From the human T2T-CHM13v2.0 reference genome, Homo sapiens: a stretch of 64,000 nt of DNA. The notes beneath the pieces were generated by a model. It was not told the origin of the DNA and did no database searches. It saw only the letters and a program-made list of their open reading frames with translations. The position numbers and the translations under genes were made by a program. Location: the NCBI RefSeq assembly GCF_009914755.1, contig NC_060942.1; one strand, given 5' to 3'. The first letter of the stretch is position 1, and the number at the start of each line of letters is the position of its first letter. Positions 38,134 to 51,500 of this stretch are shown here, in pieces.

Positions 38134-41100
38134 CATTCTCAGAAACTTACTCGTGATGTGTGTCCTCAAATAAAGGAGTAGAACCTTTCTTTTCATAGAG
38201 AAGTTTTGAAACGCTCTTTTTGTGGAATCTGCAAGTGGATATTTGGCTAGTTTGGAGGATTTCGTTGGAAGCGGGAATTCATACAAATTGCAGACTGCAG
38301 CGTTCTGAGAAACATCTTTGTGATGTTTGTATTCAGGACACAGAGTTGAACATTCCCTATCATAGAGCAGGTTTGAATCACTCCTTTTGTAGTATCTGGA
38401 AGTGGACATTTGGAGCGCTTTCAGGCCTATGTTGGAAAAGGAAATATCTTCCCATAACAACTAGACAGAAGCATTCTCAGAAACTTATTTGAGATGTGTG
38501 TACTCAACTAAGAGAATTGAACCACCGTTTTGAAGGAGCAGTTTTGAAACACTCTTTTTCTGGAATCTGCAAGTGGATATTTGGCTAGCTTTGGGGATTT
38601 CGCTGGAAGCGGGAATACATATAAAAAGCACACAGCAGCGTTCTGAGAAACTGCTTTCTGATGTCTGCATTCAAGTCAAAAGTTGAACACTCCCTTTCAT
38701 AGAGCAGTCCTGAAACACTCCTTTTGTAGTATCTGGAACTGGACTTTTGGAGCGCTTTCAGGGCTAAGGTGAAAAAGGAAATATCTTCCCATAAAAACTG
38801 GACAGAAGCATTCTCAGAAACTTGTTTATGCTGTATCTACTCTACTAAAAAAGTTGAACCTTTCTTTTGATAGAGCAGTTTTGAAATGCTCTTTTTGTGG
38901 AATCTGCAAGTGGATATTTGGCTAGATTTGAGGATTTCGTTGGAAGCTGGAATACATACAAATTGCAGACTGCAGCGTTCTGAGAAACATCTTTGTGATG
39001 TTTGTATTCAGGACACAGAGTTGAACATTCCCTATCATAGAGCAGGTTGGAATCACTCCTTTTGTAGTATCTGGAAGTGGACATTTGGAGCGCTTTCAGG
39101 CCTATGTTGAAAAAGGAAATATCTTCCCATAACAACTAGACACAAGCATTCTCAGAAACTTGTTTGTGATGTGTGCCCTCTACTGACAGAGTTGAACCTT
39201 TCTTTTCATAGAGCAGTTTTGAAACACTCTTTTTGTAGAATCTGCAAGAGGATATTTGCATAGCTTTGAGGATTTCGTGGGAAACGGGATTGTCTTCAGG
39301 TAAAATCTAGACAGAAGCATTCTCAGAAACTTCTTTGGGATGTTTGCATTCAAGTCACAGAGTAGAACATTCCCTTTGGTAGAGCAGGTTTGAAACACTC
39401 TTTTTGTAGTATCTGGAAGTGGACATTTGGAGCGCTTTCAGGCCTATGTTGGAAAGGGAAATATCTTCCCGTAACAACTAGGCAGAAGCATTCTCAGAAA
39501 CTTATTTGAGATGTGTGTACTCAACTAAGAGAATTGAACCACCGTTTTGAAGGAGCAGTTTTGAAACACTCTTTTTCTGGAATCTGCAAGAGGATATTTG
39601 CCTAGCCTTGAGGATTTCGTTGGAAACGGGATTGTCTTCAGATCAAATCTAGACAGAAGCATTCTCAGAAACTTCTTTGGGATGTTTGCATTCAAGTCAC
39701 AGAGTAGAACATTCCCTTTGGTAGAGCAGGTTTGAAACACTCTTTTTTTAGTATATGGAAGTGGACATTTGGAGCGCTTTCAGGCCTACGTTGGAAAAGG
39801 AAATATCTTCCCATAACAACTAGACAGAAGCATTCTCAGAAACTAGTTTCTGATGTGTGTCCTCAACTAACACAGTTGAACATTTCTTTAGACAGAACAG
39901 TTTTGAAACACTCTTTTTGTGGAATCTGCAAGTGGCTATTTGGCTAGATTTGAGGATTTCGTTGGAAACGGGATTACATATAAAAAGCAGACAGCAGCAT
40001 TCTCAGAAAGTTCTTTGTGATGATTGCATTCAAGTCACAGAATTGAACATTCCCTTTCACAGAGCAGGTTTGAAACACTCTTTTTGTAGTGTGTGTAAGT
40101 GGACATTTGGAGCACTTTCCGGCCTAAGGTGAAAAAGGAAATATCTTCCCATAAAAACTAGACAGAAGCATTCTCAGAAACTTACTCGTGATGTGTGTCC
40201 TCAACTAAAGGAGTAGAAACTTTCTTTTCATAGAGAAGTTTTGAAACGCTCTTTTTGTGGAATCTGCAAGTGGATATTTGGCTAGTTTTGAGGATTTCGT
40301 TGGAAGCGGGAATTCATACAAATTGCAGACTGCAGCGTTCTGAGAAACATCTTTGTGATGTTTGTATTCAGGACAAAGAGTTGAACATTCCCTATCATAG
40401 AGCAGGTTTGAATCACTCCTTTTGTAGTATCTGGAAGTGGACATTTGGAGCGCTTTCAGGCCTATGTTGGAAAAGGAAATATCTTCCCATAACAACTAGA
40501 CAGAAGCATTCTCAGAAACTTATTTGAGATGTGTGTACTCAACTAAGAGAATTGAACCACCGTTTTGAAGGAGCAGTTTTGAAACACTCTTTTTCTGGAA
40601 TCTGCAAGTGGATATTTGGCTAGCTTTGGGGATTTCGCTGGAAGCGGGAATACATATAAAAAGCACACAGCAGCGTTCTGAGAAACTGCTTTCTGATGTT
40701 TGCATTCAAGTCAAAAGTTGAACACTCCCTTTCATAGAGCAGTCCTGAAACACTCCTTTTGTAGTATCTGGAACTGGACATTTGGAGCGCTTTCAGGGCT
40801 AAGGTGAAAAAGGAAATATCTTCCCATAAAAACTGGACAGAAGCATTCTCAGAAACTTGTTTATGCTGTATCTACTCAACTAACAAAGTTGAACCTTTCT
40901 TTTGATAGAGCAGTTTTGAAATGCTTTTTTTGTGGAATCTGCAAGTGGATATTTGGCTAGTTTTGAGGATTTCGTTGGAAGCGGGAATTCATACAAATTG
41001 CAGACTGCAGCGTTCTGAGAAACATCTTTGTGATGTTTGTATTCAGGACAGAGAGTTGAACATTCCTTATCATAGAGCAGGTTGGAATCACTCCTTTTGT

Positions 41101-44100
41101 AGTATCTGGAAGTGGACATTTGGAGCGCTTTCAGGCCTATGTTGGAAAGGGAAATATCTTCCCGTAACAACTAGGCAGAAGCATTCTCAGAAACTTATTT
41201 GAGATGTGTGTACTCAACTAAGAGAATTGAACCACCGTTTTGAAGGAGCAGTTTTGAAACACTCTTTTTCTGTATTCTGCAAGTATATATTTGCCTAGCC
41301 TTGAGGATTTCGTTGGATACGGGATTGTCTTCAGATAAATTCTAGACAGAAGCATTCTCAGAAACTTCTTTGGGATGTTTCTATTCAAGTCACAGAGTAG
41401 AACATTCTCTTTGGAAGAGCAGGTTTGAAACACTCTTTTTTTAGTATATGGAAGTGGACATTTGGAGCGCTTTCAGGCCTATGTTGGAAAAGGAAATATC
41501 TTCCCATAACAACTAGACAGAAGCATTCTCAGAAACTAGTTTCTGATGTGTGTCCTCAACTAACACAGTTGAACATTTCTTTAGACAGAAAAGTTTTGAA
41601 ACACTCTTTTTGTGGAATCTGCAAGTGGCTATTTGGCTAGATTTAAGGATTTCGTTGGAAACGGGATTACATATAAAAAGCACTCAGCAGCATTCTCAGA
41701 AAGTTCTTTGTGATGATTGCATTCAAGTCACAGAATTGAACATTCCCTTTCACAGAGCAGGTTTGAAACACTCTTTTTGTAGTGTGTGTAAGTGGACATT
41801 TGGAGCACTTTCTGGCCTAAGGTGAAAAAGGAAATATCTTCCCATAAAAACTAGACAGAAGCATTCTCAGAAACTTACTCGTGATGTGTGTCCTCAAATA
41901 AAGGAGTAGAACCTTTCTTTTCATAGAGAAGTTTTGAAACGCTCTTTTTGTGGAATCTGCAAGTGGATATTTGGCTAGTTTGGAGGATTTCGTTGGAAGC
42001 GGGAATTCATACAAATTGCAGACTGCAGCGTTCTGAGAAACATCTTTGTGATGTTTGTATTCAGGACACAGAGTTGAACATTCCCTATCATAGAGCAGGT
42101 TTGAATCACTCCTTTTGTAGTATCTGGAAGTGGACATTTGGAGCGCTTTCAGGCCTATGTTGGAAAAGGAAATATCTTCCCATAACAACTAGACAGAAGC
42201 ATTCTCAGAAACTTATTTGAGATGTGTGTACTCAACTAAGAGAATTGAACCACCGTTTTGAAGGAGCAGTTTTGAAACACTCTTTTTCTGGAATCTGCAA
42301 GTGGATATTTGGCTAGCTTTGGGGATTTCGCTGGAAGCGGGAATACATATAAAAAGCACACAGCAGCGTTCTGAGAAACTGCTTTCTGATGTTTGCATTC
42401 AAGTCAAAAGTTGAACACTCCCTTTCATAGAGCAGTCCTGAAACACTCCTTTTGTAGTATCTGGAACTGGACTTTTGGAGCGCTTTCAGGGCTAAGGTGA
42501 AAAAGGAAATATCTTCCCATAAAAACTGGACAGAAGCATTCTCAGAAACTTGTTTATGCTGTATCTACTCTACTAAAAAAGTTGAACCTTTCTTTTGATA
42601 GAGCAGTTTTGAAATGCTCTTTTTGTGGAATCTGCAAGTGGATATTTGGCTAGATTTGAGGATTTCGTTGGAAGCTGGAATACATACAAATTGCAGACTG
42701 CAGCGTTCTGAGAAACATCTTTGTGATGTTTGTATTCAGGACACAGAGTTGAACATTCCCTATCATAGAGCAGGTTGGAATCACTCCTTTTGTAGTATCT
42801 GGAAGTGGACATTTGGAGCGCTTTCAGGCCTATGTTGAAAAAGGAAATATCTTCCCATAACAACTAGACACAAGCATTCTCAGAAACTTGTTTGTGATGT
42901 GTGCCCTCTACTGACAGAGTTGAACCTTTCTTTTCATAGAGCAGTTTTGAAACACTCTTTTTGTAGAATCTGCAAGAGGATATTTGCATAGCTTTGAGGA
43001 TTTCGTGGGAAACGGGATTGTCTTCAGGTAAAATCTAGACAGAAGCATTCTCAGAAACTTCTTTGGGATGTTTGCATTCAAGTCACAGAGTAGAACATTC
43101 CCTTTGGTAGAGCAGGTTTGAAACACTCTTTTTGTAGTATCTGGAAGTGGACATTTGGAGCGCTTTCAGGCCTATGTTGGAAAGGGAAATATCTTCCCGT
43201 AACAACTAGGCAGAAGCATTCTCAGAAACTTATTTGAGATGTGTGTACTCAACTAAGAGAATTGAACCACCGTTTTGAAGGAGCAGTTTTGAAACACTCT
43301 TTTTCTGGAATCTGCAAGAGGATATTTGCCTAGCCTTGAGGATTTCGTTGGAAACGGGATTGTCTTCAGATCAAATCTAGACAGAAGCATTCTCAGAAAC
43401 TTCTTTGGGATGTTTGCATTCAAGTCACAGAGTAGAACATTCCCTTTGGTAGAGCAGGTTTGAAACACTCTTTTTTTAGTATATGGAAGTGGACATTTGG
43501 AGCGCTTTCAGGCCTACGTTGGAAAAGGAAATATCTTCCCATAACAACTAGACAGAAGCATTCTCAGAAACTAGTTTCTGATGTGTGTCCTCAACTAACA
43601 CAGTTGAACATTTCTTTAGACAGAACAGTTTTGAAACACTCTTTTTGTGGAATCTGCAAGTGGCTATTTGGCTAGATTTGAGGATTTCGTTGGAAACGGG
43701 ATTACATATAAAAAGCAGACAGCAGCATTCTCAGAAAGTTCTTTGTGATGATTGCATTCAAGTCACAGAATTGAACATTCCCTTTCACAGAGCAGGTTTG
43801 AAACACTCTTTTTGTAGTGTGTGTAAGTGGACATTTGGAGCACTTTCCGGCCTAAGGTGAAAAAGGAAATATCTTCCCATAAAAACTAGACAGAAGCATT
43901 CTCAGAAACTTACTCGTGATGTGTGTCCTCAACTAAAGGAGTAGAAACTTTCTTTTCATAGAGAAGTTTTGAAACGCTCTTTTTGTGGAATCTGCAAGTG
44001 GATATTTGGCTAGTTTTGAGGATTTCGTTGGAAGCGGGAATTCATACAAATTGCAGACTGCAGCGTTCTGAGAAACATCTTTGTGATGTTTGTATTCAGG

Positions 44101-45540
44101 ACAAAGAGTTGAACATTCCCTATCATAGAGCAGGTTTGAATCACTCCTTTTGTAGTATCTGGAAGTGGACATTTGGAGCGCTTTCAGGCCTATGTTGGAA
44201 AAGGAAATATCTTCCCATAACAACTAGACAGAAGCATTCTCAGAAACTTATTTGAGATGTGTGTACTCAACTAAGAGAATTGAACCACCGTTTTGAAGGA
44301 GCAGTTTTGAAACTCTCTTTTTCTGGAATCTGCAAGTGGATATTTGGCTAGCTTTGGGGATTTCGCTGGAAGCGGGAATACATATAAAAAGCACACAGCA
44401 GCGTTCTGAGAAACTGCTTTCTGATGTTTGCATTCAAGTCAAAAGTTGAACACTCCCTTTCATAGAGCAGTCCTGAAACACTCCTTTTGTAGTATCTGGA
44501 ACTGGACATTTGGAGCGCTTTCAGGGCTAAGGTGAAAAAGGAAATATCTTCCCATAAAAACTGGACAGAAGCATTCTCAGAAACTTGTTTATGCTGTATC
44601 TACTCAACTAACAAAGTTGAACCTTTCTTTTGATAGAGCAGTTTTGAAATGCTTTTTTTGTGGAATCTGCAAGTGGATATTTGGCTAGTTTTGAGGATTT
44701 CGTTGGAAGCGGGAATTCATACAAATTGCAGACTGCAGCGTTCTGAGAAACATCTTTGTGATGTTTGTATTCAGGACAGAGAGTTGAACATTCCTTATCA
44801 TAGAGCAGGTTGGAATCACTCCTTTTGTAGTATCTGGAAGTGGACATTTGGAGCGCTTTCAGGCCTATGTTGGAAAGGGAAATATCTTCCCGTAACAACT
44901 AGGCAGAAGCATTCTCAGAAACTTATTTGAGATGTGTGTACTCAACTAAGAGAATTGAACCACCGTTTTGAAGGAGCAGTTTTGAAACACTCTTTTTCTG
45001 TATTCTGCAAGTATATATTTGCCTAGCCTTGAGGATTTCGTTGGATACGGGATTGTCTTCAGATAAATTCTAGACAGAAGCATTCTCAGAAACTTCTTTG
45101 GGATGTTTCTATTCAAGTCACAGAGTAGAACATTCTCTTTGGAAGAGCAGGTTTGAAACACTCTTTTTTTAGTATATGGAAGTGGACATTTGGAGCGCTT
45201 TCAGGCCTATGTTGGAAAAGGAAATATCTTCCCATAACAACTAGACAGAAGCATTCTCAGAAACTAGTTTCTGATGTGTGTCCTCAACTAACACAGTTGA
45301 ACATTTCTTTAGACAGAACAGTTTTGAAACACTCTTTTTGTGGAATCTGCAAGTGGCTATTTGGCTAGATTTAAGGATTTCGTTGGAAACGGGATTACAT
45401 ATAAAAAGCACTCAGCAGCATTCTCAGAAAGTTCTTTGTGATGATTGCATTCAAGTCACAGAATTGAACATTCCCTTTCACAGAGCAGGTTTGAAACACT
45501 CTTTTTGTAGTGTGTGTAAGTGGACATTTGGAGCACTTAC
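37960..45540 (+). repeat. 3728-bp (22-monomer, 12+10) tandem duplication
   Basis: B-to-B distances run 2035, 1693, 2035, 1693. Private variants tttctggcct (38085/41813), ctcaaataaagg, ggacaaagag and the mutated E dimer all recur at +3728. Confidence 0.9.
41011..41181 (+). repeat. C/D hybrid monomer defining a second 1693-bp 10-mer (also 44739-44909)
   Basis: C2 ends with the D2 tail (ttggaaaggg...cccgtaacaactaggcag) and goes straight into E. B-to-B distance 1693 occurs twice. Confidence 0.88.
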
Positions 45541-48500
45541 CGGCCTAAGGTGAAAAAGGAAGTATCTTCCCATAAAAACTAGACAGAAGCATTCTCAGAA
45601 ACTTACTCGTGATGTGTGTCCTCAACTAAAGGAGTAGAACCTTTCTTTTCATAGAGAAGTTTTGAAACGCTCTTTTTGTGGAATCTGCAAGTCGATATTT
45701 GGCTAGTTTTGAGGATTTCGTTGGAAGCGGGAATTCATACAAATTGCAGACTGCAGCGTTCTGAGAAACATCTTTGTGATGTTTGTATTCAGGACACAGA
45801 GTTGAACATTCCCTATCATAGAGCAGGTTGGAATCACTCCTTTTGTAGTATCTGGAAGTGGACATTTGGAGCGCTTTCAGGCCTATGTTGGAAAAGGAAA
45901 TATCTTCCCATAACAACTAGACAGAAGCATTCTCAGAAACTTATTTGAGATGTGTGTACTCAACTAAGAGAATTGAACCACCGTTTTGAAGGAGCAGTTT
46001 TGAAACACTCTTTTTCTGGAATCTGCAAGTGGATATTTGGCTAGCTTTGGGGATTTCGCTGGAAGCGGGAATACATATAAAAAGCACACAGCAGCGTTCT
46101 GAGAAACTGCTTTCTGATGTTTGCATTCAAGTCAAAAGTTGAACACTCCCTTTCATAGAGCAGTCCTGAAACACTCCTTTTGTAGTATCTGGAACTGGAC
46201 TTTTGGAGCGCTTTCAGGGCTAAGGTGAAAAAGGAAATATCTTCCCATAAAAACTGGACAGAAGCATTCTCAGAAACTTGTTTATGCTGTATCTACTCTA
46301 CTAACAAAGTTGAACCTTTCTTTTGATAGAGGAGTTTTGAAATGCTCTTTTTGTGGAATCTGCAAGTGGATATTTGGCTAGATTTGAGGATTTCGTTGGA
46401 AGCTGGAATTCATACAAATTGCAGACTGCAGCGTTCTGAGAAACATCTTTGTGATGTTTGTATTCAGGACAGAGAGTTGAACATTCCCTATCATAGAGCA
46501 GGTTGGAATCACTCCTTTTGTAGTATCTGGAAGTGGACATTTGGAGCGCTTTCAGGCCTATGTTGAAAAAGGAAATATCTTCCCATAACAACTAGACACA
46601 AGCATTCTCAGAAACTTGTTTGTGATGTGTGCCCTCTACTGACAGATTTGAACCTTTCTTTTCATAGAGCAGTTTTGAAACACTCTTTTTGTAGAATCTG
46701 CAAGAGGATATTTGCATAGCTTTGAGGATTTCGTGGGAAACGGGATTGTCTTCAGGTAAAATCTAGACAGAAGCATTCTCAGAAACTTCTTTGGGATGTT
46801 TGCATTCAAGTCACAGAGTAGAACATTCCCTTTGGTAGAGCAGGTTTGAAACACTCTTTTTGTAGTATCTGGAAGTGGACATTTGGAGCGCTTTCAGGCC
46901 TATGTTGGAAAGGGAAATATCTTCCCGTAACAACTAGGCAGAAGCATTCTCAGAAACTTATTTGAGATGTGTGTACTCAACTAAGAGAATTGAACCACCG
47001 TTTTGAAGGAGCAGTTTTGAAACACTCTTTTTCTGGAATCTGCAAGAGGATATTTGCCTAGCCTTGAGGATTTCGTTGGAAACGGGATTTTCTTCAGATA
47101 AAATCTAGACAGAAGCATTCTCAGAAACTTCTTTGGGATGTTTGCATTCAAGTCACAGAGTAGAACATTCCCTTTGGTAGAGCAGGTTTGAAACACTCTT
47201 TTTTTAGTATATGGAAGTGGACATTTGGAGCGCTTTCAGGCCTACGTTGGAAAAGGAAATATCTTCCCATAACAACTAGACAGAAGCATTCTCAGAAACT
47301 AGTTCCTGATGTGTGTCCTCAACTAACACAGTTGAACATTTCTTTATACAGAAGAGTTTTGAAACACTCTTTTTGTGGAATCTACAAGTGGATATTTGGC
47401 TAGATTTGAGGATTTCGTTGGAAACGGGATTACATATAAAAAGCAGACAGCAGCATTCTCAGAAAGTTCTTTGTGATGATTGCATTCAAATCACAGAATT
47501 GAACATTCCCTTTCACAGAGGAGGTTTGAAACACTCTTTTTGTAGTGTGTGTAAGTGGACATTTGGAACGCTTTCCGGCCTAAGGTGAAAAAGGAAATAT
47601 CTTACCATAAAAACTAGACAGAAGCATTCTCAGAAACTTACTCGTGATGTGTGTCCTCAACTAAAGGAGTAGAACCTTTCTATTCATAGAGAAGTTTTGA
47701 AACGCTCTTTTTGTGGAATCTCCAAGTGGATATTTGGCTAGTTTTGAGGATTTCGTTGGAAGCGGGAATTCATGCAAATTGCAGACTGCAGCGTTCTGAG
47801 AAACATCTTTGTGATGTTTGTATTCAGGACACAGAGATGAACATTCCCTATCATAGAGCAGGTTGGAATCACTCCTTTTGTAGTATCTGGGACATTTGGA
47901 GCGCTTTCAGGCCTATGTTGAAAAAGGAAATATCTTCCCATAACAACTAGACACAAGCATTCTCAGAAACTTGTTTGTGATGTGTGCCCTCTACTGACAG
48001 AGTTGAACCTTTCTTTTCATAGAGCAGTTTTGAAACACTCTTTTTGTAGAATCTGCAAGAGGATATTTGCACAGCTTTGAGGATTTCGTGGGAAACGGGA
48101 TTGTCTTCAGGTAAAATCTAGACAGAAGCATTCTCAGAAACTTCTTTGGGATGTTTGCATTCAAGTCACAGAGTAGAACATTGCCTTTGGTAGAGCAGGT
48201 TTGAAACACTCTTTTTGTAGTATCTGGAAGTGGACATTTGGAGCGCTTTCAGGCCTATGTTGGAAAGGGAAATATCTTCCCGTAACAACTAGGCAGAAGC
48301 ATTCTCAGAAACTTATTTGAGATGTGTGTACTCAACTAAGAGAATTGAACCACCGTTTTGAAGGAGCAGTTTTGAAACACTCTTTTTCTGGAATCTGCAA
48401 GAGGATATTTGCCTAGCCTTGAGGATTTCGTTGGAAACGGGATTGTCTTCAGATCAAATCTAGACAGAAGCATTCTCAGAAACTTCTTTGGGATGTTTGC

Positions 48501-51500
48501 ATTCAAGTCACAGAGTAGAACATTCCCTTTGGTAGAGCAGGTTTGAAACACTCTTTTTTTAGTATATGGAAGTGGACATTTGGAGCGCTTTCAGGCCTAC
48601 GTTGGAAAAGGAAATATCTTCCCATAACAACTAGACAGAAGCATTCTCAGAAACTAGTTTCTGATGTGTGTCCTCAACTAACACAGTTGAACATTTCTTT
48701 AGACAGAACAGTTTTGAAACACTCTTTTTGTGGAATCTGCAAGTGGCTATTTGGCTAGATTTGAGGATTTCGTTGGAAACGGGATTACATATAAAAAGCA
48801 GACAGCAGCATTCTCAGAAAGTTCTTTGTGATGATTGCATTCAAGTCACAGAATTGAACATTCCCTTTCACAGAGCAGGTTTGAAACACTCTTTTTGTAG
48901 TGTGTGTAAGTGGACATTTGGAGCACTTTCCGGCCTAAGGTGAAAAAGGGAATATCTTCCCATAAAAACTAGACAGAAGCATTCTCAGAAACTTACTCGT
49001 GATGTGTGTCCTCAACTAAAGGAGTAGAACCTTTGTTTTCATAGAGAAGTTTTGAAACCCTCTTTTTGTGGAATCTGCAAGTGGATATTTGGCTAGTTTG
49101 GAGGATTTCGTTGGAAGCGGGAATTCATACAAATTGCAGACTGCAGCGTTCTGAGAAACATCTTTGTGATGTTTGTATTCAGGACACAGAGTTGAACATT
49201 CCCTATCATAGAGCAGGTTGGAATCACTCCTTTTGTAGTATCTGGAAGTGGACATTTGGAGCGCTTTCAGGCCTATGTTGGAAAAGGAAATATCTTCCCA
49301 TAACAACTAGACAGAAGCATTCTCAGAAACTTATTTGAGATGTGTGTACTCAACTAAGAGAATTGAACCACCGTTTTGAAGGAGCAGTTTTGAAACACTC
49401 TTTTTCTGGAATCTGCAAGTGGATATTTGGCTAGCTTTGGGGATTTCGCTGGAAGCGGGAATACATATAAAAAGCACACAGCAGCGTTCTGAGAAACTGC
49501 TTTCTGATGTTTGCATTCAAGTCAAAAGTTGAACACTCCCTTTCACAGAGCAGTCCTGAAACACTCCTTTTGTAGTATCTGGAACTGGACTTTTGGAGCG
49601 CTTTCAGGGCTAAGGTGAAAAAGGAAATATCTTCCCATAAAAACTGGACAGAAGCATTCTCAGAAACTTGTTTATGCTGTATCTACTCAACTAACAAAGT
49701 TGAACCTTTCTTTTGATAGAGCAGTTTTGAAATGCTCTTTTTGTGGAATCTGCAAGTGGATATTTGGCTAGTTTTGAGGATTTCGTTGGAAGCGGGAATT
49801 CATACAAATTGCAGACTGCAGCGTTCTGAGAAACATCTTTGTGATGTTTGTATTCAGGACAGAGAGTTGAACATTCCCTATCATAGAGCAGGTTGGAATC
49901 ACTCCTTTTGTAGTATCTGGAAGTGGACATTTGGAGCGCTTTCTGGCCTATGTTGAAAAAGGAAATATCTTCCCATAACAACTAGACACAAGCATTCTCA
50001 GAAACTTGTTTGTGATGTGTGCCCTCTACTGACAGAGTTGAACCTTTCTTTTCATAGAGCAGTTTTGAAACACTCTTTTTGTAGAATCTGCAAGAGGATA
50101 TTTGCATAGCTTTGAGGATTTCGTGGGAAACGGGATTGTCTTCAGGTAAAATCTAGACAGAAGCATTCTCAGAAACTTCTTTGGGATGTTTGCATTCAAG
50201 TCACAGAGTAGAACATTCCCTTTGGTAGAGCAGGTTTGAAACACTCTTTTTGTAGTATCTGGAAGTGGACATTTGGAGCGCTTTCAGGCCTATGTTGGAA
50301 AGGGAAATATCTTCCCGTAACAACTAGGCAGAAGCATTCTCAGAAACTTATTTGAGATGTGTTTACTCAACTAAGAGAATTGAATCACCGTTTTGAAGGA
50401 GCAGTTTTGAAACACTCTTTTTCTGGAATCTGCAAGAGGATATTTGCCTAGCCTTGAGGATTTCGTTGGAAACGGGATTGTCTTCAGATCAAATCTAGAC
50501 AGAAGCATTCTCAGAAACTTCTTTGGGATGTTTGCATTCAAGTCACGGAGTAGAACATTCCCTTTGGTAGAGCAGGTTTGAAACACTCTTTTTTTAGTAT
50601 ATGGAAGTGGACATTTGGAGCGCTTTCAGGCCTACGTTGGAAAAGGAAATATCTTCCCATAACAACTAGACAGAAGCATTCTCAGAAACTAGTTTCTGAT
50701 GTGTGTCCTCAACTAACACAGTTGAACATTTCTTTAGACAGAACAGTTTTGAAACACTCTTTTTGTGGAATCTGCAAGTGGCTATTTGGCTAGATTTGAG
50801 GATTTCGTTGGAAACGGGATTACATATAAAAAGCAGACAGCAGCATTCTCAGAAAGTTCTTTGTGATGATTGCATTCAAGTCACAGAATTGAACATTCCC
50901 TTTCACAGAGCAGGTTTGAAACACTCTTTTTGTAGTGTGTGTAAGTGGACATTTGGAGCACTTTCCGGCCTAAGGTGAAAAAGGAAATATCTTCCCATAA
51001 AAACTAGACAGAAGCATTCTCAGAAACTTACTCGTGATGTGTGTCCTCAACTAAAGGAGTAGAACCTTTCTTTTCATAGAGAAGTTTTGAAACGCTCTTT
51101 TTGTGGAATCTGCAAGTGGATATTTGGCTAGTTTGGAGGATTTCGTTGGAAGCGGGAATTCATACAAATTGCAGACTGCAGCGTTCTGAGAAACATCTTT
51201 GTGATGTTTGTATTCAGGACACAGAGTTGAACATTCCCTATCATAGAGCAGGTTTGAATCACTCCTTTTGTAGTATCTGGAAGTGGACATTTGGAGCGCT
51301 TTCAGGCCTATGTTGGAAAAGGAAATATCTTCCCATAACAACTAGACAGAAGCATTCTCAGAAACTTATTTGAGATGTGTGTACTCAACTAAGAGAATTG
51401 AACCACCGTTTTGAAGGAGCAGTTTTGAAACACTCTTTTTCTGGAATCTGCAAGTGGATATTTGGCTAGCTTTGGGGATTTCGCTGGAGGCGGGAATACA

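Noticed and set aside
40484-42199. 1.7-kb 10-mers as the separate chr18 array D18Z2
   Set aside because: These 10-mers are simple one-dimer deletions made of the same monomers as the flanking 12-mers, not a distinct HOR family.
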